DNA from: Candidatus Magasanikiibacteriota bacterium
GTDB lineage: Bacteria > Patescibacteriota > Patescibacteriia > Magasanikbacterales > GWA2-37-8
Assembly (NCBI GenBank): GCA_030650025.1
Contig: JAUSEN010000016.1
Span: 9,428 to 73,427 of the forward strand
Reading direction: 5' to 3'
DNA length: 64,000 nucleotides
The position numbers were made by a program, and so were the translations under genes. The notes below the pieces were generated by a model. That model was given only the letters and a program-made list of their open reading frames with translations. It had not been told where the DNA came from and searched no databases. Shown here piece after piece: positions 17,854 through 24,645 of the stretch. Numbering within the stretch: position 1 is the stretch's first letter; every line of letters begins with the position of its first letter.

Positions 17854-18252
17854 ATGATTAAAATGCAGAAATTTCTCGCTCCAATCATGATGTCTTTAAC
17901 ACTCGTTAGCGCCATGCCAGCGATCGCGGCGACAGACACTCTTAAGGATACGGATCTCTTACCGCCGAAGATAGGAGAAACGACCGGCCTTGGCACTGGT
18001 GATATCCGTTTGACCGTCGCGAAAATTATTCGCGTCGCTATGGGCCTCCTTGGTATCGTGGCCGTGGTTATTATCTTGATTGGCGGCTTTACTTGGATGA
18101 CCGCGGGCGGCAACGAAGAAAAGGTAGGCGAAGCCAAGAAATGGATTTTCGCCGGTATTATTGGTCTCGCGATTATTCTTTCCGCTTACGCGATTGCCAG
18201 CTTCGTTATTACGCAATTGGTGGACGCGACTACGCAAGCCGGAGTCATTTAG
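17854..18252 (+). CDS. pilin-module paralog 4 (short form)
   Basis: Signal peptide, short ectodomain, ILIGGFTWMTAGGNEEKVGEAKKWIFAGIIGLAIILSAYAIASFV. Confidence 0.65.
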   Translation: MIKMQKFLAPIMMSLTLVSAMPAIAATDTLKDTDLLPPKIGETTGLGTGDIRLTVAKIIRVAMGLLGIVAVVIILIGGFTWMTAGGNEEKVGEAKKWIFAGIIGLAIILSAYAIASFVITQLVDATTQAGVI

Positions 18253-18413
18253 TAGTCTCCAATTTATTAAGTTTCCATTGGTTAGCAGGGGGAGAAGAGA
18301 AACGACTAACTTGGTCAGCTTGCCAAGCCGAGCGCAGATAGAGATATATGCACTTCGCTTGGTAAGCTACCACCCCCTGCTCTGCCAATAAATTATTTTG
18401 AATTACGAACAGT

Positions 18414-18833
18414 ATGGCGAAAATATTTTTTAAAAAATCTGCTTGGGCGGGTATAGCGGCGGGCATCGCACTGCTCACAGCTTTAGTGGTTCCAGCAGAT
18501 TCAGCCAGGGCAATTTCGGATTTGGAATTGGGGCTGGATTATGGCACGTTTACCGGCTTAAGCTATAGCGACCCGAGAGCCGTGGCCGCGGCCATTATTC
18601 GGGTGGCTCTCGGGCTCCTCGGCACCGTGGCGTTAATAATTATTTTGATTGGCGGATATACTTGGATGACCGCGGGCGGCAACGAAGAAAAAGTAGAAGA
18701 AGCCAAAAAATGGATTAAAGCGGGCGTGATTGGCCTCGCGATTATACTTTCGGCTTTCGCGATTACCAGTTTTGTGGTGCAACAGTTGGTGCGAGCCACG
18801 CAAGAGGCGAGTAACGTAAATTTGGCGCAATAA
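18414..18833 (+). CDS. pilin-module paralog 5 (short form)
   Basis: ILIGGYTWMTAGGNEEKVEEAKKWIKAGVIGLAIILSAFAI; closely related to paralog 4. Confidence 0.65.
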   Translation: MAKIFFKKSAWAGIAAGIALLTALVVPADSARAISDLELGLDYGTFTGLSYSDPRAVAAAIIRVALGLLGTVALIIILIGGYTWMTAGGNEEKVEEAKKWIKAGVIGLAIILSAFAITSFVVQQLVRATQEASNVNLAQ

Positions 18834-18839
18834 TTTTTT

Positions 18840-19463
18840 ATGTTTAAAGTTAAAGCGTTAAGCGGAATTAGTGCCTTAATTTTAAGCTGGTCATTTTTAG
18901 TTCCCCTCCCGGCCTTGGCTGACAGCTATGGCATTAGCCAAACGGCAGACCAAGTAAACATTGAGAACCCAAATTTATTGCCAAAAACCGTGGCGGGAGA
19001 GTCCACGGTTCCAGAAGTTATTGGCGCGATTATTGGGTACGCACTGTCCCTCGTTGGCATAGTTTTTTTCGGCCTGATGCTTTACGCGGGCGTGCGCTGG
19101 ATGATTGCCATGGGCAACACGGAGGACGTGGAAAAGGCCAAGCAAACTTTGGAAGCGGCCGCCATTGGTTTAGTAATAGTTTTGGCGGCTTATGTTTTGA
19201 CTAGCGAGATATTTAAGGTTTTGAGCCCAGCCACCGCGCCGACGGATTCGGCGCAGTTAGACGCCAAGTTAGGGCAGAAATTAGGCGAGCCAGTCGATTG
19301 CACTAACGGCCAGAAGGAATTACTAGAGTCCGATGTGGATTGCGGGGGAATTTGCTCTAAGAAATGCGAAGCCGGAAAGCATTGTTCCGAAGGCAAGGAT
19401 TGCCTGTCCGGAGCTTGCCTCGCGTCTCGAGATCCAAACAATCCCGGTTTTATTTGCCAATAA
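18840..19463 (+). CDS. pilin-module paralog 6 with Cys-rich domain C-terminal to the TM hairpin
   Basis: [40 protein letters not shown] followed by [40 protein letters not shown]. Confidence 0.6.
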   Translation: MFKVKALSGISALILSWSFLVPLPALADSYGISQTADQVNIENPNLLPKTVAGESTVPEVIGAIIGYALSLVGIVFFGLMLYAGVRWMIAMGNTEDVEKAKQTLEAAAIGLVIVLAAYVLTSEIFKVLSPATAPTDSAQLDAKLGQKLGEPVDCTNGQKELLESDVDCGGICSKKCEAGKHCSEGKDCLSGACLASRDPNNPGFICQ

Positions 19464-19481
19464 TTGTGAGTAGCGCTTTAT

Positions 19482-19886
19482 ATGATTATGATAAGAAAAG
19501 TTTTAAATAATATTTTTTTAACCGGGACGCTTTTGCTCTCTGGTTTAATTTTTACTAATTTTGTTTTTACTAATTTTGTTAGCGCGGTTGGTTTGTATGA
19601 CGCCGGCGGGAAGTTGGAACAGGCGGTCGGGGCGGATTCGCAGGTAGGTTTGCGCGGTGATTTAACCTCCACTATTACCACGGTAGTAACGGCAGTGTTA
19701 GCCGTTGTGGGCACAGTTTTTTTGCTTCTCACGATTTACGCTGGCATTCTTTGGATGACCGCGGCGGGTGCGGAAGACCAAATAGAAAAGGCGCAAAATA
19801 TAATTAAAGCCACGGTAATTGGTTTGTTTATAACCATGGGCGCGTACGCGATTACGGCTTTTGTGGGCGGGCGGTTAAGCGGCTAA
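19482..19886 (+). CDS. pilin-module paralog 7
   Basis: IYAGILWMTAAGAEDQIEKAQNIIKATVIGLFITMGAYAITAFV. Confidence 0.65.
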   Translation: MIMIRKVLNNIFLTGTLLLSGLIFTNFVFTNFVSAVGLYDAGGKLEQAVGADSQVGLRGDLTSTITTVVTAVLAVVGTVFLLLTIYAGILWMTAAGAEDQIEKAQNIIKATVIGLFITMGAYAITAFVGGRLSG

Positions 19887-19888
19887 GT

Positions 19889-20419
19889 ATGAGACGAGCC
19901 CAAGTAATTTTAATGCTGGTGGCGGTAGGCGGTATCACTTTTGGGGCGGTTACTTTTGGACAGGCTTTAGGGTTTCAGGATTCGGTTGGCCTGGTAACGA
20001 ACGCGGTGGGGCCAGCGACTAAGGTTGGTTTGGAAGGAAATTTAACCACGTCAATTGCGACAGCAGTTAAAATAGCGCTCGCCTTAGTCGGAACAATTTT
20101 TTTGGGTCTCACGGTTTACGCCGGGATTCTGTGGATGACGGCATCGGGAGCGGAAGACAAAATCGAAAAAGCGCAAGGCATAATTAAAGCCACGGTGATA
20201 GGCCTCGGCATCACTTTTGGAGCCTACGCGATTACAGCTTTTGTGGGCAGTAAATTAGGGGGCAGTGGCGCCCCTACCCCGAGCCAAGTTATTTCTTGCA
20301 CGGAAGCGCCCAATAATGGCAACTGCGTTACCGACAATGGCGCCCCTTGCCCGGGCGGCACCAAAGAAATCCAGGGGACTGATTGCGCCCCAGGCAAGCT
20401 CTGTTGCGCCCCGCTCTAA
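19889..20419 (+). CDS. pilin-module paralog 8 with short C-terminal Cys-rich tail
   Basis: VYAGILWMTASGAEDKIEKAQGIIKATVIGLGITFGAYAITAFV followed by ...CTEAPNNGNCVTDNGAPCPGG...CAPGKLCCAPL. Confidence 0.6.
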   Translation: MRRAQVILMLVAVGGITFGAVTFGQALGFQDSVGLVTNAVGPATKVGLEGNLTTSIATAVKIALALVGTIFLGLTVYAGILWMTASGAEDKIEKAQGIIKATVIGLGITFGAYAITAFVGSKLGGSGAPTPSQVISCTEAPNNGNCVTDNGAPCPGGTKEIQGTDCAPGKLCCAPL

Positions 20420-20451
20420 AAATGAAAAAATTATTTTAAATAGTAAAGGGT

Positions 20452-20958
20452 ATGATTAAAAATTTTTTAGTAAGTTTTATAATGATATTAGCCCTGATGC
20501 CCGGGGTCGCGTTGGCCGCGCCTAATATTGGTTTGGGTGAAGATGGGTTAGCGACAGGCGTCGCGGCGGGCGCGGGGTATGCCCCAGCCACGGACACGAC
20601 GCTGTCGGAATCGGTGGGTAAGGTCATTCGGGTGATTTTGTCCATGGTGGGAACAATTTTTCTGGCGCTAACGGTTTACGCCGGAATTCTGTGGATGACC
20701 GCGGCGGGAGCGGAAGACCAAATAGAAAAGGCGCAAAATATTATCAAGGCCGCGTCGCTTGGTTTAATAATCGTGATTGCCGCTTATGGCATAACCACTA
20801 TAGTGGTTGCGGCCATGACATTTGCCTCGCAACCAAATACCGGAGCAACTGTCGGGGGCAAGCCCAGCCAATCATTTTGGCAACAGCAAGGGCAGTATTG
20901 GCAAGACTGGGCTAACAATTGGAAAATTTCTACCAAGAGTATGTTTGGAATTAAATAG
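20452..20958 (+). CDS. pilin-module paralog 9
   Basis: VYAGILWMTAAGAEDQIEKAQNIIKAASLGLIIVIAAYGITTIV; about 85-90% nt identity to paralogs 7 and 8 across the module. Confidence 0.6.
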   Translation: MIKNFLVSFIMILALMPGVALAAPNIGLGEDGLATGVAAGAGYAPATDTTLSESVGKVIRVILSMVGTIFLALTVYAGILWMTAAGAEDQIEKAQNIIKAASLGLIIVIAAYGITTIVVAAMTFASQPNTGATVGGKPSQSFWQQQGQYWQDWANNWKISTKSMFGIK

Positions 20959-20962
20959 ATCG

Positions 20963-21052
20963 CGATTGCGCCGCGCTTCAAAGGACCCGCCCGCCTCGCT
21001 ACGCGAAGCGTTGCGGGCAGGCACTGCGCGGCACGATTTTGTTAAATCGCAT
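20963..21052 (+). promoter_or_regulatory. conserved structured 5' leader (variant B) ending in palindrome CGATTTTgttAAATCG + CATATG
   Basis: Shares gccgcgcttcaaagg...cactgcgcggca(c/t)gattt with leaders at 9278-9343 and 22911-22961; contains a nested GC palindrome homologous to 54606-54645. Confidence 0.55.
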
Positions 21053-21526
21053 ATGAAAAAACTTTTTGCGTATCAACTAGTGGCAGTATTCGTAGCGTTC
21101 CTCGCTTTGTCTTTTGTGGTAATAACCCCGGCGCGGGCGGAGGACACCAGCTCTGATATCCGGAAACAACTCGAGGCGGCGGGTGGCACGCAAGGCGCGA
21201 ATTATGGGGAAGCGGTTGACCCGCGAGTCACCGCGGCTTTGATTATTCGGGCGATGCTCGGCATGACTACGATTATTTTGATTATTTTAAATATTTACGC
21301 GGGAATCACTTGGATGACAGCCGGCGGAAACGAGGAAAAGGTGGACAAAGCCAAAACGACAATTAGAAATTCCACTATCGGACTGATTATTGTTTTGTCC
21401 GCTTACTCGATAACTGTTTTTGCCACTTACATCGCGCGGGGCCAGCAGTTTGGCCTCGGCGGCGGGCCTAACGCTTTATCGCGCGGTTTAGGCAATTTCT
21501 TCCAGTCGCGGCAGGGTCCGAATTAA
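21053..21526 (+). CDS. pilin-module paralog 10 (start moved to CATATG ATG 21053: MKKLFAYQLVAVFVAF...)
   Basis: The track ORF begins at 20822 but its first 77 aa are the translated GC-rich leader. A plausible signal peptide begins at 21053. C-terminal IYAGITWMTAGGNEEKVDKAKTTI module. Confidence 0.6.
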   Translation: MKKLFAYQLVAVFVAFLALSFVVITPARAEDTSSDIRKQLEAAGGTQGANYGEAVDPRVTAALIIRAMLGMTTIILIILNIYAGITWMTAGGNEEKVDKAKTTIRNSTIGLIIVLSAYSITVFATYIARGQQFGLGGGPNALSRGLGNFFQSRQGPN

Positions 21527-21554
21527 TTTAAGAAATAGAAAAGAGAGAAATTTT

Positions 21555-21590
21555 GATTTAAAAAAATGGCTCCCGAGAGTGGGAGCTTTT
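21555..21590. terminator. bidirectional intrinsic terminator (gctccc-gagagt-gggagc between A and T tracts)
   Basis: aaaaaaatggctcccgagagtgggagcttttttat. Confidence 0.6.
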
Positions 21591-21607
21591 TTATCAAGAT
21601 AACTAAA

Positions 21608-22315
21608 ATGCAGATTTCAGTAATTATACCAGCCTACAACGAAGAAAAAACTCTAGCCAAAACGCTGGAGTCTTTAATAAAGCAAACCACCGATCGCGCG
21701 TTTGAAGTGATTGTCGTAAATAACGCCTCGACGGATAAAACGAGAGTAGTCGCCGAGTTTTTTTTAGATAAATTAGATTTAAAAATAATAGACGAGCCGA
21801 ATAAAGGGCGCGGGGCGGCGCGAGCCGCCGGGTGCGCGTCTGCCGCCGGAGAAATTTTTTTATCAACGGACGCGGATACGATTTTGCCTAGCAATTGGAT
21901 TGATGTTTTGATAAAGCCAGTTCATTCCGGGGTGGTTGGCGTGACTGGTACCGCGAAAATAGAGGATTGTTCATTTTTTGTTAATATTTTTTTCAAACTT
22001 TTTCAACCGGCGTTAACTAAAATTTCGCGGTGGTTACTTGGCTATTATTGGCTGGCTGGTTTTAGCTCGAGCGTGACGAGGGGTGCGTACGAGAAAGCGG
22101 GCGGTTTTGACAAAGCGCTCAATTCTTTAGAAGATACGGACCTAGCGAGAAGAGTTTCTCGGCAGGGCAAAATTGTGTGTGTTTGGAATTGTCCGGTAGT
22201 CTTTTCTGGCCGGCGATTTAAAAAGGGGGTGTTGCGCGGGCTGTTATCGTACCTGCCGCCGTTTATTATGTTTTTGTTTAAGTCGCGGCGTGTTAATTTA
22301 TCAGATATTCGCTAG
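21608..22315 (+). CDS. family 2 glycosyltransferase
   Basis: MQISVIIPAYNEEKTL...VIVVNNASTDKT...DADT: GT2 signature. Confidence 0.75.
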   Translation: MQISVIIPAYNEEKTLAKTLESLIKQTTDRAFEVIVVNNASTDKTRVVAEFFLDKLDLKIIDEPNKGRGAARAAGCASAAGEIFLSTDADTILPSNWIDVLIKPVHSGVVGVTGTAKIEDCSFFVNIFFKLFQPALTKISRWLLGYYWLAGFSSSVTRGAYEKAGGFDKALNSLEDTDLARRVSRQGKIVCVWNCPVVFSGRRFKKGVLRGLLSYLPPFIMFLFKSRRVNLSDIR

Positions 22316-22506
22316 TATAAACCCTGCACCACAAGGGTGCAGGGCACCCTGAACTCTTGTAGTTCAGGGTGAACCGTAAAATGTAAGTTGATGATTAAAA
22401 TAGTTGGGTGCCCAATGGGAATTGTCTCCCTACGGGAGATCCCCCGTAGGGGGAAACCCATTTTGTACCAACTATAAAAAAAGTCGGATTGTTTATTATT
22501 GAATTG

Positions 22507-22580
22507 GGGTGCCCAATGGGAATTGAACCCATATTGTCGGTACCACAAACCGACGTAATAACCATTATACCATGGGCACC
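22507..22580 (-). tRNA. tRNA-His(GUG)
   Basis: Reverse complement folds as acceptor ggtgccc/gggcacc, anticodon stem tcggt/accga with loop ttGTGgt, T arm gggttcaattccc. Confidence 0.7.
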
Positions 22581-22638
22581 ATGAGTAAAATCCGCTCTAG
22601 TATAGCGCCAAAATTGCTTTTAGTCAATGTGAGGGAGT

Positions 22639-22712
22639 GTCTCCTCGAGAGGAATCGAACCTCTATACTTAGCTTAGAAGGCTAATGCTCTATCCATTGA
22701 GCTACGAGGAGA
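22639..22712 (-). tRNA. tRNA-Arg(UCU)
   Basis: Reverse complement: acceptor tctcctc/gaggaga, D arm gtagctcaatggatagagc, anticodon stem ttagc/gctaa with loop ctTCTaa, T arm gaggttcgattcctc. Confidence 0.75.
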
Positions 22713-22910
22713 AAAAATAGCTTATCCCGCCACAGCGGGACCCCGCCTCGCGGCGGTGGGAAGGCTACTGTTTTATCCGCTCCGACGCCCCGCTTTGCGG
22801 GGGTCGGAGCCCCGACTTTACGTCGGGGTTAAACTATGGGATCAAGTGGCTCTATGGTAATCAATTTGGCCTTAAAAATCAAGTTATGGTATAATTTAAG
22901 AGTAACTAAT

Positions 22911-22961
22911 ATTTGCGCCGCGCTTCAGAGGACGTTGCGCGGCATGATTTCGTCAAATCAT
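22911..22961 (+). promoter_or_regulatory. conserved structured 5' leader (variant C) with palindrome TGATTTcgtcAAATCA + CATATG, preceded by an extended -10 (tggtataat at ~22888)
   Basis: ttgcgccgcgcttcagaggacgttgcgcggcatgatttcgtcaaatcatATG. Confidence 0.55.
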
Positions 22962-23324
22962 ATGTACAAGAAGATAAAAGTACTGTCGACTGTTTTTATA
23001 ACTTTTTTGGTTACTTGGCCAATGACAGCCCTGGCGCAATATGGTTTGAACGAAGCGGCCGGGAAAATGGGGTTTGATAGAAGCAAGAATGTTTACGGAG
23101 TGATTAGCCTCGTGGTGGGGGCAGCGTTGGCGTTTACCGGACTAGTGTTTTTTGGAATGATGATGTACGCTGGTGTGCGCTGGATGACCGCGCGCGGCAA
23201 CGAAGATTTGGCAGAGAAGGCCAAACAAGCCCTCGCGAATTCTACGATTGGTTTTGTAATCGTGGCGCTTTCTTACGCCCTGACGCGGTTTGTGTTTGGA
23301 GCGCTTAATTTGCCGACATTTTAA
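22962..23324 (+). CDS. pilin-module paralog 11 (start moved to ATG 22962: MYKKIKVLSTVFITFLVTWPMTALA)
   Basis: C-terminal MYAGVRWMTARGNEDLAEKAKQALANSTIGFVIVALSYALTRFV; the track ORF starts upstream inside the leader. Confidence 0.6.
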   Translation: MYKKIKVLSTVFITFLVTWPMTALAQYGLNEAAGKMGFDRSKNVYGVISLVVGAALAFTGLVFFGMMMYAGVRWMTARGNEDLAEKAKQALANSTIGFVIVALSYALTRFVFGALNLPTF

Positions 23325-23492
23325 GTAGGGGTATGGTATATCATGCCCCTGGCTGTTGCTTGACAGAAATTCGGATTTAAGGTAGGCTGAAGCTATTATT
23401 TATCCTCGTCTAGACGAGCTTTTAAGCGCCAGACAAGGACCGGACGGCTTTGGGGGCATGCCCTGGGCTCGCTCGGTGAGAAATACGCATGT

Positions 23493-23858
23493 ATGTTAGA
23501 CAACAAAAAGAAGCAGGCAGTTATTAAAAAATATCAGACCCACGCCGGGGACACTGGCAGTAGCGAAGTGCAAATAGCGATTCTGTCCGCTGAAATTGAT
23601 GAATTGATTGGGCACTTAAAATTACATCCTAAAGATCATTCTTCCCGCCGCGGCCTGTTACGCAAAGTCTCTAGCCGCCGCAGTTTACTTCGATTTTTGA
23701 AAAAAGAAGATACCAAGAGTTACGATAATTTAATTAAAAAGTTAAAGCTTAAAGCGGCGCGCAATTTGGTAAAACCCGGCGCGACCGGAGTGGCCGCTGA
23801 AGAAGAGATAGTGGAAGAAGAATTGGCGGAGGAACCCCATGAGGAACATGCCAGTTAA
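23493..23858 (+). CDS. rpsO: 30S ribosomal protein S15 with acidic C-terminal extension
   Basis: [58 protein letters not shown] is the S15 core; about 35 extra acidic residues ([19 protein letters not shown]) at the C-terminus. Confidence 0.85.
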   Translation: MLDNKKKQAVIKKYQTHAGDTGSSEVQIAILSAEIDELIGHLKLHPKDHSSRRGLLRKVSSRRSLLRFLKKEDTKSYDNLIKKLKLKAARNLVKPGATGVAAEEEIVEEELAEEPHEEHAS

Positions 23859-24432
23859 AACTACTCACCCCTTAAAACACCCCGACCAACGTGTTGGCGT
23901 GTTTATTGATGTGCAAAATATGTATTATAGCGCGCGGAATTTGTTCCACGCCAAGGTTAATTTTGGAAATATTGTTAAAGAGGCCACGGCGGGCCGCAAA
24001 TTGATTCGCGCGATCGCTTACGTGGTGCGCACCGAGAGCAAAGAAGAACAGCCTTTTTTTGACGCCCTATATAACTTAGGAATAGAAACGCGCGAGAAGC
24101 CGCTCCAGATTTTTTGGGGGGGAGAAAAGAAGGCGGATTGGGATGTGGGGCTCGCGGTAGATGCCATTCGGCTCGCCCCAATGGTGGACGCGATTGTAAT
24201 CGTGTCAGGGGACGGGGACTACGTTCCGTTGATGGAATATTTGCGTAATCAGGGTAAACAAGTAGAAGTGGCGGCGTTTGGCGAGACTACCTCGAGCAAG
24301 CTAATTGAGTCGGTCGATGATTTTATGGATTTGAGCGCCGAAAAAGGCAAATTTTTGATCGGCGATAGAAAACTAGCCACACGTCTATTCCGGCCGAATC
24401 CAAAGATGCCAGCGCCGGTGATTAAAAAATAA
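23839..24432 (+). CDS. NYN/LabA-like domain protein
   Basis: [12 protein letters not shown]...[12 protein letters not shown]...[13 protein letters not shown] matches NYN ribonuclease-like domains. The start overlaps the rpsO 3' end. Confidence 0.7.
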   Translation: MRNMPVKTTHPLKHPDQRVGVFIDVQNMYYSARNLFHAKVNFGNIVKEATAGRKLIRAIAYVVRTESKEEQPFFDALYNLGIETREKPLQIFWGGEKKADWDVGLAVDAIRLAPMVDAIVIVSGDGDYVPLMEYLRNQGKQVEVAAFGETTSSKLIESVDDFMDLSAEKGKFLIGDRKLATRLFRPNPKMPAPVIKK

Positions 24433-24546
24433 CTGTCATTCCGACGACGAAGCCTGCCCGACACGCTGACGCGAGTCATGCGGGCGAGGAGGAATCTCTG
24501 TCCGATTGACGAGAGAGATCTCTCCTGCGTCGTCGAGATGACAACA
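24433..24546. repeat. structured ~115-bp intergenic repeat, copy 2
   Basis: See copy 1 (15013-15136). It begins immediately after the NYN stop codon. Confidence 0.65.
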
Positions 24547-24645
24547 AAATAAAAAATTTATTCACGAAGTTTGGGCAAGGACACAGAGGCCATTCACTAG
24601 AATTGGTCTTCAGCTCTTGCCGGAACTTCGATAAATCAAGAACAT

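Noticed and set aside
20822-21052. N-terminal 77 aa of track ORF 20822-21526 (and the analogous N-terminal extensions of ORFs 9326-9940 and 22836-23324)
   Set aside because: These stretches are the conserved GC-rich structured leaders; proper signal peptides or prepilin leaders begin at the CATATG start codons.
22406-22580. Integrated genomic island at tRNA-His marked by the duplicated tRNA 3' end
   Set aside because: Repeat and tRNA are only ~85 bp apart, with no integrase or cargo; at most a remnant or mini-element.
22717-22835. SRP RNA (4.5S) because of a GGAAGG string and GC hairpins
   Set aside because: Could not match the domain IV consensus (…GGUCCGGAAGGAAGCAGCC…) or the terminal helix; left as an unassigned structured element.
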